Source: Marsupella aquatica (Eukaryota; Plantae; Marchantiophyta). Taken from it: a stretch of DNA of 64,000 nt. Where the stretch lies: assembly GCA_973895155.1 (NCBI GenBank), contig OZ316891.1, forward strand, positions 19,927,048 through 19,991,047. The letters are read 5' to 3'. Both the position numbers and the translations under genes were made by a program. The notes under the pieces were generated by a model. It was not told where the DNA came from. It saw only the letters and a program-made list of their open reading frames with translations, and ran no database searches. Below, piece after piece: positions 13,303 to 27,229 of this stretch. Numbering within the stretch: position 1 is the stretch's first letter; the number at the start of each line of letters is the position of its first letter.

Positions 13303-16003
13303 ATGTATCACTCCCTCCAGATGCCGGTTGCATCCACGAATTGGCGAATTGGGCTGCAAAACGAGACGCTCCCACAGTGGTTGCGCTGGAAGGTCACGCG
13401 AAAGAGCTCCAGAAATCCAGTCTTGTTTCTCATTGTCGGTGAGTTACTCGGGCGGTCAGAAAGGGTACAAGCTCGGTGTTTTGGCTCTTTTTGTCTGCTG
13501 TCTTATGGGTTGTTGACCTCGTATCTTTCATGCTCACGGCGGTAAGTTTTGATGGGTATTTGTGATTGCACGCCAGCTGATGTCCATCTCCCGATTGTCT
13601 GCTGGCTATGAATTCTTATTCTGGTTGAAGCATTGTATCCGTGGTTGGCCCCGGTGGCTAGTGGTTGATCTATTTTTCTTTTTCCTCGAGCTTTGGGTCT
13701 GAAGGAATAAGCGTCAGTTCAGACTACGCATTACATTCCTAGTCCGAAGATTTGTGCCAAATTAATTTCAGATGGGCACTTGATACTAAGTTCTCCCTGA
13801 TATGGACTTGTTCAGGCAAGAAAAAATCATTAGACAAGGAGGCTGAGGTCAGCTACGCCCGATCGACGGTACGATCTTCAGTTTACCCTTTCCTTCTCTC
13901 TAATAGTAAATCTACTCTGGTGCATCTTGAATTTGAGTTTCTTAAACACTTTCATTGTACGATACACTGGTCACGGGAGTTCTGCCTCCCATGCTTAAAA
14001 ACTCGGTAACAGTATGTTACGTGTCCGCTTTCAATGAAGAAATGAACTTTTTTCCCTGGGTTGTTCCTTGCATCTGTTAGTCCATTAACTCTGGTTTGAT
14101 TGCTTTTGGAAAGATTTGTACATTTATGGCTTAAACCCTAAACCCTGAGGTCTCGGGGGGCTTGAGATTTAAATTCGTGGATCCGGGTTTACTTTTGACT
14201 GACGTTGTCTTGCTCTTATTTGCCCTTATGTTGAATGGTACAGAGGGCTTTACCCATGCGTCTTGTAACTGTGAGAAAGAGCTTGGACTCTGGAGTGCAG
14301 GCTGTTGTTGACAATTACATGGGCAAGGTGAAGAGGTATTGCAGCTTTGAAGAGTTGCCGATTCGTCCAAATCCGAAGAACACCAGGTCTGTAGTTTTCA
14401 CCAGCCACGCGTCATTGTGGTATAGAGAACTGCCCGCTTCATATCAGACAGGGGCATTCTTGGATCGTGCCCTTTTGCTAGCTTTGTGAGCTATTGAGCG
14501 CTCGTCAGAATTGCAGAGCATCTAAGCCTGTTGGATGTCTTGATTAGGTGAGGGAGCCAATCTGTGTAGGAGTGATCAGACTTCGTTTCCAGGACGAAAT
14601 AAAGCCCCAATCAGATATTTTACAAGTGATTTGACCAAGAATCGAAAAACATTCTACTGCGAAAAGTTGTAGATCTAATAAAGTCACAGCACACAAGACT
14701 CATGGACAACAGAACTGGGATAACTTAAGCAAGCAATCCATCACAAATTTGAGATTTTGATATAGTTGTTCATTTGTACTACTAAGACCATTTTCTTGTT
14801 GTGTGAACCTGTTCGTTACCGCCTGTAGTCAACGGCTGTGCAATAGACGAAGTGACGCATTTTTCTGAATTGAAGCCACTCAGTCCACTCTGCTCATCGC
14901 ATAAGAATCGCTTAGGTTATAGCTGGGTGGCTATTCAATTCTTTTGGCTACGTACAATTGATGCAAAAGACAACAGGGCGGGTCATTTGGTTGGGTAGTG
15001 ATGTAAGTGCACAAGTGGAAGCCGAAGGTGAGCGAGTACTGAGATCAATCATGACAAAAGATTGGGTAATATACTAGTTCATCACTATTATAGTGCCGTT
15101 AGGTTTAGCATTGAACGTCTCGCGGCTTGTCAAAGTCTTTGGGGGCGGCTTATAGTTTTTTAGGTTTTCGTACTGTTATCTGCCCCAGCCTACCCCAAGG
15201 TACATTAGAATAGTCAAGTTATTCAAGCCATTGATGTGCTCATCTAGTTGAATATGGGGGACTTGTTCATTTGCTTCATTAGTGAGCGTCTACTTCAACT
15301 GGATGATAACTAGGCTGTAAGAGTGAAAGAGATCTGTGGTCGCTTTCCCATTCTTATGATCTTCTATGAATGTCATTGGAGGAGCTTCACTGGGGTAGAT
15401 AGCGCCAGGGATTGATAGCCAAGTCTCTCTTTGTGGTCATCTGGATGTGTGCTGTAGTTGCTCTAAATTAAGATATGGCAGGTAGTACTTGTTGATGAGC
15501 GTGGTCAGGACTTTACTTCCGAACAGTTTGCTACTTCGATAGCAGAAGCAGGAGATAAGGTCAGTTGCTGAGACCATTATTCTCTCCTGTAAAATGTACA
15601 GACTCACGTCCACTTGTTTCTAGTTTTGGTCCCCACTCAATTGACAATCTTAGAATCTGGTCGGCTTTGCAGGGTGCTTCTGCCTTGGTATTCTGCATCG
15701 GGGGGCCTTACGGTCATGGGTCACAAGTGCGCGAAAGAGCTAATGTCTCAATCAAGCTGTCATCAATGGTTCTAAATCACCAGGTGGCTATCATTGTTCT
15801 TCTGGAGCAAATTTACAGGTATATAGCTTGGATGCTTGTGGGTTATACTCTCATGGATAAACTTTTTCAATTTTCGAGACTGTTCTGCTCATTTCCCGAT
15901 GTACTTATCAGGAGACTCTACCAGCAGATTTTATAACATGAACTGACAATTGTTGTTGCACAGGGCCTGGACAATTCTTCGAGGCGAGAAATATCACCAC
16001 TAG
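13303..16003 (+). CDS. rlmH: RlmH-family SPOUT rRNA methyltransferase (At5g10620-like), 7 exons
   Basis: Exons 13303-13438 (start exon less certain), 13816-13868, 14244-14386, 14999-15065, 15482-15559, 15673-15818, 15964-16003; GT-AG and in phase. Motifs RALPMRLVTV, VVLVDERGQDFTSEQFA, FCIGGPYGHG, IKLSSMVLNHQVAIIVLLEQIYRAWTILRGEKYHH*. Confidence 0.93.
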
Positions 16004-18093
16004 CGCATCTGATGGGTTCACAGAAGGATTACTGTCGGTTTCTAGCACTTTTACCAATTCAGGTTGATTAAAAAGGGTTGCAGGCAGACAGGGTCTTGAA
16101 AATGTAAAACTATATGTTCAGATGCACAAGGATCAGACCTGTCTGGTTTTCTTGTACATTGACATCTTTTATATTGTTTCCTAAGGGTAAGAAGTGTCTA
16201 CATCGGTTAAAATACTTTTTGGGTAGAACAAGGATAGTTGCATTCACAACCCAGATATTTTGTGAGAAATGAATGAATCATGAGACTAGAAAAGTTTTAT
16301 GATGGGCGGATCCAATCTTGACAGTCTTGACGAAGATATTTAGGAGAACAACCTCCGTTAGCAACACTGGGTACCAATATAGTATTGTCTTGTTTACTTG
16401 GAGTTTATGATGGGATCCAATCTTGACTCAGTTTTATGATGGGCTTCGTGAGATGTCAGCTTGTACCATACTTGACATCCCGAAATGTGGAGTGGGGGCT
16501 TATACCTTCACAAAAAATGCCCTCTGTTATATTTCTCAGAGATTCTCACTCGTGAATGACGCTCCAAAAAGTGGTGGCTTACATCTTTACAAAAAGTAGC
16601 CCTTTGTTATAATTCAAAGAGACCCTCATTGGCTACCATTATGGAAAAAAATCATCAATAACCTTATTTGAAATTTACCAAATGACCCCCACAAGGCAGA
16701 AATTTTACCAAAACACCTCTTTGATAAGTAAAAAGGGTCTCTCATTTGCTACCAGAGAGATACAGATAAAGAAATTGATTTATGATATCCATTCTTGAAT
16801 TTGGGTCAATAGGAAATTCTGGCATGAACCACTCTTTTGTTTGATTTGAATCTTGGGGAATCTGAACATGCAAGAGAAGTGTCCAATGATTCTCTAACCC
16901 TCAATCTCAATTATCACAATAGATAAGCATATCATATGTAGGAATGGATTGTTTGTGTTGGTGATCATGAATACCATGATTTTTTGTCAAAATTGAATAA
17001 CTGAAAGCTATAATAGGCAAAGTTAAGATCACTCGCAATTTTGTGTTTGCACTTTTGGCATAATAATTTTGTGTTTGCACTTTTGGTATCTTTTTGACAG
17101 GTGACACGTTTCTCAGTATTAGGTCAATTGTGGTAAATGTATCAATAATGGTAATCACCCAATTGTGAGTCTGTTTATTGTTATGCTAACTTGTGATGTA
17201 ATGTGATGCAAAGATATAAAAATGATAGAGCTATATTTGAAGAGCTGTAGACTTCCACTGTATAAGTACTTATATAAATTTGTGTATGTGTTTCTTGCAT
17301 ATTTGTATCATGGATGATGTGCAACAATAGTAGATGTATAAATGTGCCTCCGCCTCAAAAAATTGTTGGAAATAATAATTATCAGAAATTGTTTCACTAA
17401 ATTTTGTATGAAGTCTTGGACAAGAATGTTCTAATTTAGGATTGTTGTAAAAAGTTATGTTGAGCTGATTCAGTGATGAATAGATCAATTTCTAACCAAT
17501 GCTCGAGGGCTAACTAGGCATGTGCTTTTATTTTCCAAAGTACACTCGCAACTGTAGTGGACGCTTTCCAGAAAGGTACATCAACAGTTCTGTTCTTGAC
17601 TATTGTCAATAGAGCTTGCAGGTGGCTTTCCAGCTAACTTACAATCATAGCATAGAGTTGTGGTAACCGAGGTAGTATTTAAATGTTGTTTTTCCTAGAA
17701 GGCTGACAAATGTCACCTTGTCCACCCAACCCCACAACCCATTAGCCAGAATGTAACACGTATCCTTAAACCTCGTCACAAGAATCAGTTTGGGTCATTT
17801 TGATATTTATTTAATGTAGAAGAAATTAATATAATTTGTTACCTGTGATTGAGATAGTGCCGATAAATAATCTCCACCTAAAATATTGGCTTTAAAATCA
17901 CATTGACATTGAAGATATAATTGTTTAGTCTAGGAATGGTTTCTTGCCCAAATAGCTCTGTTCATGGCAACTCGGGAAAACACATTATGGGCAATGCATG
18001 ATCTCCATGAGACTTGTGAAGGTAATTTCTAGTGTTGGGGCCGGTATAGGGTTTTCTCTATACCAGCCAGGTGAGGTATAGTAAACTCCTCTG

Positions 18094-18173
18094 AGCAGAA
18101 GGGTATGGTGTAGGTAGGCTTTTGGTTTGGGTCAGCAGAAGGGTATGGTGTAGGTAGGCTTTTGGTTTGGGTC
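18094..18173. repeat. Exact 40-bp tandem duplication
   Basis: AGCAGAAGGGTATGGTGTAGGTAGGCTTTTGGTTTGGGTC at 18094 and 18134. Confidence 0.9.
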
Positions 18174-18580
18174 CCTTTGGCTTGTTTTTTCTTGGGCTTT
18201 TTTCTCTCTTTTCCTCCCCTTCTTTGGGTTGCTCTGCCATTGGGATCATGTCTCCCGGTTTGACATTTTTGGCCTTTTGGCACTATGATATATTGAACTG
18301 GTACAGGATCCCTAAAAATATCAAGGTGTATAAAAGAATAAATATTCCAATTAGATTGTAGACCAGGAATAGGTATAGGAATTTGGACCTGCTATACTGG
18401 TGTAGTAATGGTATACTTGATGCTATTGGAGGAGGTATGGTACGTTAGGACTGGTAATAGCATATTGTTGGCCAAAATTCAAACATAAACTCAAACGTAC
18501 TATCAAGAAAAATCAAAGTCAACTTAAACTTGCAGAATTTGCATATAGCCAATTGGTGACACAACATATGGAATGAATTT

Positions 18581-18909
18581 TGTTAGGATTTACTCTTAGG
18601 TCTAGAGTTACAACTGTACCGTAGTTAAGGCTAACCTTAGTTGCAGACTTGGTTAGGTTAGTCATGCTGTGCACACTCTATAACCAAGCGGTGAAACTCA
18701 GGCTCATTCTTACGGAGCTAGTTGAGAGATAGAGAGAGTTTGTGCTGTGGATGCTTGGTGTGGCCGGTCGGCCTAGAGTGCAGTAAAGCTCTCGCGTGTT
18801 CCCGTGGACGTAGCCTCATGTGGAGGTGAACCACGTATCTCTCTGTGTCGACTCTTGCGCGTTGGATGGTTCATGGGCTAGCCGTTGCGATTGTCATCGA
18901 TGCTCAACA
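18581..18909 (+). repeat. 5' LTR (329 bp)
   Basis: TGTTAGG...CTCAACA. Manual alignment to the 3' LTR gives 14 substitutions and one 16-bp indel. Confidence 0.96.
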
Positions 18910-18911
18910 AT

Positions 18912-18923
18912 TGATATCAGAGC
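18912..18923 (+). other. Primer binding site (tRNA-iMet type, one mismatch)
   Basis: TGATATCAGAGC versus canonical TGGTATCAGAGC, 2 nt after the 5' LTR. Confidence 0.85.
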
Positions 18924-19746
18924 ATGCCTAGGAGGTGACGAGGTCTTTTTTGTGACAGTTTTTCCAGCGTTCATTGTCGGTGTTACATTCGGAGTTTTGT
19001 CACATGAAACTTGAATGTGTGTGGCTGAACGGATAGATTAGTGAGAGGGCTTTCTAACGGTGGTTAGAACTCGCTGATTGGTATTCGTGGTGCAGAGGAA
19101 TCAACGTTTGCGTTGATCTAGAGTTTTTTCGTGTTCGACGATATTTTGGGGGAGAAACCAGAGATCGTTTTTTCAACGGTTTGAGTTGTGCGGTGCGGGA
19201 GGCATCGCATGTTATAGCTCATGTTGGAGGTTAAAGCGAGCTGTTTGTTTTGGTAGTTGAGTTGCTGTCGAGTGGTTACCGAGTGCGTCATGACGAGTGA
19301 AGGAGACATTCAGATTTTTTCACAGGCTATGGAGCTTGTTCTCATCTGAATCGGGTTACTCGTCGTCACATCCAACTTGGAGGAAGAAACGCGAAGTGCT
19401 ACGGCTCAATGTTTTGATTGCGGCAAGGCGGTCATTTTGAGTCTAGGATTGGCACTTGACGCGGAGTGAGTGTCACACAATGGAAGATTTTTTCTCTGTT
19501 GAGCTCGCAGATTGTGCCGGTGCAATTTGGCAACATTTCCCCGTTGGCGATCATCATTTTTACTCGTGGAATTGGCGGCAGCAAGCAACGTTGGATGTTG
19601 GCAAATTGTGTTTCCTACGGCAACTTAGCGCACCGCGGAGAGGTGAGGTGCGGCGGCGACCTAGGGCACAAGGAAAACGACAAAGTTAGTGAACAGTAAC
19701 TTTGTCCAGGAATTGCGGCGGGATTTTTGTAGCAACAAGGTTTCAG

Positions 19747-19935
19747 AGAGACCCAAGGGCGCCTCGCTCCAAGGGCGACGCGAGGGAGCCTCGCTCCAAG
19801 AGCGACCCGAGGGCGCCTCACTCCAAGAGCGACCCGAGGGCGCCTCGCTCCAAGGGCGACCCAGAGTGACCAGGGGGAGCCTCGCTCCAAGGGCGACCCG
19901 GAGTGATCAGAGGGAGCCTCGCTCCAAGGGCGACC
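19747..19935 (+). repeat. GC-rich ~27-bp tandem repeats in the copia leader
   Basis: About 6 copies of GAGGGCGCCTCGCTCCAAG(G/A)GCGACCC. Confidence 0.9.
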
Positions 19936-20083
19936 AAAATTTGTATAATTTTTCCGTCAAAGTTCTTTTTTGATTTTGGTTTTTTCAGTCTTGGACTCCT
20001 AGCCTTGTGGGCTACGCGGCGGTGATTAGTTTCGAGTTTTTTGAGAAGTTGTAAAAAACGTCATTTTTTCGTGATTTTCTCAT

Positions 20084-23000
20084 ATGAGTGATTCGGAGGA
20101 GATTTTTGAAGATGTGGAACTTGAAGCACGAGGGTCACCGCGGCGGTTTGTGGTGGAGAGAGAGGAGTAGGAGGAAGAGCACGTGACACCAGTACCATCA
20201 CCGGTGCGACAAGTGGTGGAGGAAGCAGTTCTTCTACCGGAGCTCACAGTAGTGCCAAAGAAGAAGATGGGTACGTTCAAGCTTGGGGGACCCAAGTATG
20301 AAGTGATAAAGTATGATGGGCGCTCTGACTACTTGCTTTGGGAGAAGCAGGTGAAAGGATTGCTCTATGCATCAGGGATGGGCCAACTGCTGAGCCCTCG
20401 TGAAGGTGATGTTGATGAGAACAATGGGACCGCATGCTGGAGCAGGGAGTGTGGTGTGTTACACTCTATCTCATGCCTCCCATCATCAGTGGATGCTTTC
20501 AACGACATGGTCGTTGACTTGGAAAACCTTGGGGAGACTTTGAATGATGAGACGAAGGCTCTATAGCTTCTCAGTTCATTGCCTCCATCTTACCAATCCC
20601 TATCACCGGTGTTGTTGCATCGTGATAGGGATACCATTTCATACAATGATGTGGTAAGTTCTCTGCTTAGTGATGATCTTCAACAGAAGATGCACATCAC
20701 GTCACAGACTTCATCCTCTTGTGCTACCCTCAATGTTAACCGTGGGAGGGGTATGCAACGACCAACTGGGGACCGTAGAACCCAGTTTAGATCTAAATCC
20801 AGATCTAAGTCCAAAGGCAAATCCCCTCAGAGGAGGCAAGTGACATGTTGGAAGTGCAACCAGATTGGACACTTCAAGCGAGACTGTAAGGGAAAGGCAG
20901 CTGAATCTTCATCGACAAATATGGCTAGGGTTGATGAAGATGCTGATTTACTCAATGATGAGTATGTATTATGAAGCCAAGGGTATGCCCTGTGCACGCC
21001 ATCTAGGAGAGCAGATAATGTGTGGATTCTTGATTGTGCTTGCTCTTTTCACATTTGTTACATTCGAGAGTTTTTCAGTTCTTACTCTATTTCAAATAGT
21101 TCAGTTCTGATGGGAAATGATCACTCTTGTCAAATTGAGGGTATTGGGTTTGTGAAGATTCAAATGTTTGATGGCACTGTGCGCACAGTGTCCGGAGTTA
21201 GGTATGTACCTGGCATGCGTAAGAATCTGATTTCACTGGGTGTGTTGGATTCAAATGGTCATCAATGGAGCGTTATTGATAGTGAACTTCAAGTCAGGTT
21301 GGGAGAGACAGTGATCTTGAAGGGGAACAGACAGAAGAATTTGTATGTGTTGCAGGGCAATACTGTATGTGGAGAGGCCAATGTAACCAAGTCTCACGAG
21401 GAGATGACTCATCTGTGGTATTCACGGCTAGGCCACATGAGTGAGAAGGGTTTGGCTATCTTACGGAAGAATGGACCCATTTCTAATTTGCAATCTTGTA
21501 AATTAGAGTTCTATGAGCATTGCATTCTTGGAAAGCAACATCGTCGTGCTTTCGGTGTTGGAACACATCGTTCCAATGAGATTCTTGATTACATACATAG
21601 TGACGTGTGGGGTCCATCCCCGACTCCCTCACACTCTGGAAAGTTGTACTATGTATCATTTATTAATGATTACTCAAGATTTGTGTGGATTTATTTCATG
21701 ACGCATAAGTCTGATGTCTTATCCATTCTTAAGAAGTGGAAGGCCCAGGTGGAGAATCAGACTGGAAACATGATCAAGTGTTTGGATACAAAGGTGAAGA
21801 GTCTGAGGTCAAACAACGGCGGGGAGTACACTTCAGTGGAATTTGAAGAGTACTGTTCAGAATAGGGGATAACTCGCCATCTCACCATAGTTTATACTCC
21901 GTAGCAGAATGGTGTCGTTGAGAGGCTCAATCGGACACTATTGGAGCGTCACGAAGTATGTTGAGCCAATCCGGTTTACCACAAGAATTTTGGGCAGAAG
22001 CTATCAATACCGCAGCTTATTTGGTAAATCTTTCTCCTTCTAGTGCTATCAATTTCAAAACGCCGTTTGAGATGCGCTATAAGCGGCAAGCAGACTATCA
22101 TGGCTTGGTAGTTTTTGGAAGTGATGCATATGCTCTCACACCGAAGCAGAATAGGACCAAGTTGGATCTTACCTCCAAGAAATGTATTTTTCTTGGGTAC
22201 CAGAGTGGTGTGAAAGCCTATAGGCTATGGGATCCTATTGCTTGTAAGCTGGTTGTCAATAAGGATGTTTCCTTCAATGAATCCAGATTATTGAAGGAGG
22301 GGGAGAATACTCAGGTCTCTCGTACTGACAAAGGAAAATCTCCTATCCCGGATCTCGTTGAGGGGGAGATTGGTCATGAGGTCCATGACCGAAGAGAAGG
22401 ATCGGAGTTGCTCCAAATATGGAGTTGGTTCTTGTGCCAGAGGAACCAGAGGAGTTTGTTGATGCTGGTGAGCAGCAAGTGGATGCTGCTGAGCTTCGAA
22501 TTATACCAGCTAACGTAGATCAACCGAAGTCATCGGCTAGAAGAACATCTGGTCGCACTGTACGCGCTCTACCAAGGTATGGACAGTGGGTTGATTCATC
22601 TCAATTGCAAGAGGAGGATTTTGTTATTAACAATGAGGGTGATGGGTTAATTTTGGAAGAAGGGGAACCTTCTTCATTTCATGAGGCAAGTGCTTCTAAG
22701 GAGAAGCAGGAGTGGACTGCAGCAATGCAAACGGAGATGCAGTCACTGAAGGACAACAAAAATTGGGAGCTTGTCAAGTTGCCTGAGGGACAGCAAGTGG
22801 TGGACAACAAGTGGATATACAAGCTGAAGGATCAATCCACGGAAGGTGGATCGAAGGTCTACAAGGCTAGGTTGGTAGCCAAGGGATTTACATAGGAAAA
22901 AGGTGTGGATTACAATGAGGTCTTCTCACCAGTTGCTAAGTACTCAACAATACGGCTATTGTGTGTGCTTGTTGTTATGTTTGGTCTGCTGCTAGATCAG

Positions 23001-24253
23001 ATGGATGTTGTCACAGCCTTCCTCTATGGCACCTTGGAAGAGGTGATCTTCATGAGATAACCGCTAGGTTTTGTGAAGAAAGGGCAAGAGGATTTGGTTT
23101 GCAGATTGTTGAGATCCTTGTATGGGTTGAAGCAGTCATCACCAAGATAGTAGAATAAGCGGTTTGATGATTGGATTCGTGTGCAAGGCTTTCACATGAG
23201 TGTGTTTGACCCTTGTGTGTATCTTAAATCGGTGAAGAATGTTGTCTTTGGGTTAATTATTTTAGTACTTTATGTGGATGACATGCTTATTGCGGCCAAT
23301 GATAGGTCTGAGATTGTTAAGCTCGAGGCACTGCTAAGTACAGAGTTTAAGATGAAGGACTTAGGGCCAGCTAAGAGGATTTTGGGTATGGAGATCACTA
23401 GGGACTAGAGGCTGGTAAGCTATGGTTGACGCAGATCAGTTATGCGAGGAAGGTAATTGCAAGGTTCAACATGGGGGATAGTAAGCCAGTGAGTACCCCG
23501 TTGGCTCCACACTTCAAGTTGTCATCAGCATTATGTCCTACGGATGAGACAGAGAAGGGGCTGATGTCAAAGGTTCCTTATGACAAGGCAATGGGGAGTC
23601 TCATGTATTTGATGACCTGCACTAGACCTGATCTTGCCATGGCTATGGGCAAGGTGAGCAGGTACATGTCAAATTCAGGGATGGTACACTGGGAAGCAGT
23701 GAAGTGGATTATACGGTACTTGAAGGGTACCGTGAATCATGGTCTATTGTCTGATGCACATGCTCATAATGCTAGATCATTGATGGGCTATGTAGATGCT
23801 GACTATGCACAGGATCTGGATCGGAGGAGGTCAACAACAGGTTATGTGTTCACACTAGGAGGTGGATGCATAAGTTGGAGATCTACTCTACATAAGTGTA
23901 TTGCTCAGTCTACTACAAAAGCGGAGTATGTTGCAGCAGCGGAAGCATCAAAGGAAGCAATTTGGTTGGATAGACTTATCATTGAGATGGGATTGCCACA
24001 AAGGAATGTGAAGCTCCATTGTGATAGTCAGAGTGCACTCCACCTTGCTGTGAACCAGGTGATGGATAGCAGAGTGAAGCACATCGACGTCAAGTACCAT
24101 TTTATCAAGCAGGCTGTGTCTGAAAATCAGTTTGAGCTAGTCAAGATTGACGATAAATTCAACCCGGCTGACGCATTTACCAAAGTGATTCATTTGGAGA
24201 GTTTTTCTAGACACCGTGATGCGTTGCAGGTTTTGCAATTGCCTCACAAGTAG
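20084..24253 (+). pseudogene. Copia gag-pol polyprotein with multiple stops and frameshifts
   Basis: Zinc knuckle CWKCNQIGHFKRDC; protease WILDCACSFH; GAG-pre-integrase RLGHMSEKG; integrase HSDVWGP...LRSNNGGEY; RT YKARLVAKGF and LYVDDMLI; RNase H GYVDADYA...CDSQSA...KHIDVKYHF. Confidence 0.95.
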
Positions 24254-24433
24254 GGTTACTTAACATTTGTGTAGATACTGAGATATGCTCTTGCTCATTC
24301 CTTGTATAGGCTACGGCTTAGTTCTGGTCTACTCTCGTATAAAGAGGGAAAAACTGGTTTGGTTTTTCTTTCCAGAACTTCCCGCTAAGCAATCATATAG
24401 GTTGCAGTCTTTACCCTCCCCTAGACCAGAGTT

Positions 24434-24444
24434 AAGGGGAAGAT
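24434..24444 (+). other. Polypurine tract
   Basis: AAGGGGAAGAT immediately before the 3' LTR. Confidence 0.85.
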
Positions 24445-24789
24445 TGTTAGGATTTACTCTTAGGTCTAGAGTTACGACTATACCGTAGTTAAGGCTAACC
24501 TTAGTTGCAGACTTGGTTAGGTTAGTCATGCTGTGCACACTCTATAACCAAGCGGTGTTTGCTTGGAGAGGTGGAACTCAGGCTCATTCTTACGGAGCTA
24601 GTTGAGAGATAGAGAGAGCTTATGGTGTGGATGCTTGGTATGGCCGGTCGGCCTAGAGTGCAGTAAAACTCTCGTGTGTTCCCGTGGACGTAGCCTCATG
24701 TGGAGGTGAACCACGTATCTCTCTGTGTCAACTCTTGTGCGTTGGATGGTTCATGGGCTAGCCGTTGTGATTATCGTCGATGCTCAACA
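24445..24789 (+). repeat. 3' LTR (345 bp)
   Basis: Direct repeat of 18581-18909, followed by the TSD AATTT. Confidence 0.96.
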
Positions 24790-25451
24790 AATTTAAGCCA
24801 GGTTGTAAGTTTGTGTTGGTCACTGTGTGCTGCAAGGAGCTTGGGCACTACATAGGCCAAGGAAAATGCCACATCTACACAACAAGCATAGTTGGCCTGA
24901 AGCTCACTTCATATTTTCTTTTCAGATTTTCCACTTACTTAAGATTTTTCCCAATCTGATGCAACTTTGCCATGTGGATAGAAGGAAGGGCTTATTTTTA
25001 CCGCTGTCAGTAGGTTGGGATTTTAAGTTTGTGAAATTAAAAAATAACTTTCTAATTCTGTAGAATCCTGGTCCTTAAGCCACCGCCCCTGTCAACGGCC
25101 AATGAAAGTAATCATCACATCTGGGCATAATAAACCTATCTAGACACTTATGCTTCATTTGGTGTCTCTTTGGGGCTTCTTTTGCATACAATGTGCTTTT
25201 TTGGAGTACAATTGAGCCTATCCACAAACTTGCTTAACTTCTTATGACCATTGACTCTTTTTTGACAAAAAATGACATGACTAAAGTAGCACAAAATGAA
25301 AGATTTACATGGGAAATTTTTTTAACAACCAAATTGATGTAAAAAAGTGTTTGAAATTTTTCAAAACAAACACCAACCCATACAAAGCCATGATTTTACA
25401 AGTAGGTCTATTATAATATGACAAATCTAATGCCTGTGGGTTGCACAGAAC

Positions 25452-25695
25452 ATGTTGAGGTGAGAAAACTATGTTGAGGTCAAGAAAGGATATCAAAGTG
25501 AAAAAAAATGTTGAGGTGAGAAAAACTTTTTGAGGCCGGTCAGGACAATCCTGATGTTAAAGTGAGAAAAGATGTTGAGGTGAGAAAGATGCGTGGAGGT
25601 CAGGAAAGGATGCTGAGGTGAGAAAAAATGTTGAGGTGAGAAAGACATGTTGAGGTCAGGAAAGGATGTCAAGGTGAGAAAAGATGTGAAGGTCA
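25452..25695. repeat. Minisatellite, ~18-19-bp unit, ~13 copies
   Basis: Alternating ATGTTGAGGTGAGAAAA(A) and ATGTTGAGGTCAGGAAAGG variants. Confidence 0.88.
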
Positions 25696-27229
25696 TCACC
25701 AATCCAGTGGCTATCACCCATGTTGTCCTTGTCATCCATTCTGGATCACCGCCATGAATGGTTAGACTCCCCTTATATACATTTGGGGTCCTGCCACCCC
25801 CTGACCACTTCTCACAGTATTTGTTTTGGCTTAAATCGGAATGCACTTGTAATTTCATACACAGACGCACCATGTGCAGAGTGACTTATTAATTTGAATT
25901 CATGGCAGCATGGCAAGAGTGACTACAAAGTGCCACACCCAAAAGTACAAGTGGCAATGGATGCAGGGTCACCTCGGTTGGCAAGGAGGGTGACAAAGGC
26001 GTCAGGTCAAGGAGGCCAAGGAGTACCTGAAGGATGTGGGCTACGTACAGTTGTCAGGCAATGAGGCAAACAACGTCAGGATCAACAGTGGATCTATACT
26101 TGCCCTGTACTTGCCCACCAAGGTGAGTACCGGTACTTGCTCCTCAGTGGCAAAATTTGCTACATTCCAAGTCTCCAAAATATTTTTACAGACCCCCATG
26201 GGAAGTTCTTTCCAAAATTTCTGGATGCACGTGCAGCCAAATCAACATGATTTGTCACAAACAAGAATGGTTAGTTATGCAAGAAGAACCAAATTTGACT
26301 ATTCGTGTTTGAATCAAGGCAACAAAAAGCAGTTAGACCCTGTAACTATAAAGCAATGGAAAACTGAAAAGTATCATTTAAAGTAAACAAAGAAAAGGGT
26401 AAAATAGGGGTGAAAGAAAATAATAGTTGGATGAATTGTGATTGATGTATTAGTGATGTAATCTTGTTTCAATTTTCTATTTAATTTACATTTTTTAATA
26501 ATGACAAGTAAAACTAAACTCATCAACTACTCTAACATTTACCCAGGTCACATAAAAAACCCAAGAAACTTTTCAGTTTCTCTAACATTTACCAAGGTAA
26601 CTTAAACCACAATTCACTCTATAAGTACCCGGAGTATTCACTCCCAAAACACAACTGTTGTGTCCATGGACGAGTGCCCTTCCGCAGTCCTCTGAGCCCA
26701 ATCATTCTTGTCCGTTCATCAAATGAGCCAATCTATGGCTCAAAATGCAGGTCTACATCTCAGAAAAACCAGATTATCAAACAATGAAAAATGAGGAAGA
26801 AAAATGAAAAAAATCCAAGCAAATGATTGGTGGAGGCCAAATAATTTGAATTTTGAATTTTTGGGTAGGTCAGGCAAGGACAGGTGGCCCAAATTACCAT
26901 CGGGTGACCGGGCCAAGAAACTTGTGCGGGGCATCCACCCATAGCCGGTCGAACAAGGGCCTGGACTGGCCCAATTAGGATTGCTATTGTATGGACTACT
27001 TTATGTATAGTTCATAGTTACTCTACATCGAACATTCCTCATAGTTCATTGGTTAGCACTTCTGCCTCCCTACCAGCAGGTTTGAAGTGCAATCCCTGGT
27101 CACGCATTGTAAGTGTGAATATTTTGCATTTGCGGTTGCTCTCCCTATTGGGGGGCCAAAACACAATAGAAAATAGCCGTCGACTCCTCACTACTCATTG
27201 CATAAATCTAGGTTCCAACTACAGTTGCA

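Larger units (their letters stand above)
18581..24789 (+). mobile_element. Full-length Ty1/copia LTR retrotransposon (inactive)
   Basis: TG...CA LTRs at 18581-18909 and 24445-24789; 5-bp TSD AATTT (18576-18580 / 24790-24794); PBS and PPT present; domain order gag-PR-IN-RT-RH. Confidence 0.97.

Noticed and set aside
24793-25078. TTAA-flanked 278-bp MITE
   Set aside because: TTAA occurs on both sides but the terminal inverted similarity (GCCAGGTTGTA versus GGACCAGGATTCTA) is too weak to call.
25452-25695. CRISPR-like array (also considered for 1112-1537, 19747-19935 and 62517-62900)
   Set aside because: The units are contiguous and degenerate with no unique spacers, there are no cas genes, and the context is eukaryotic.
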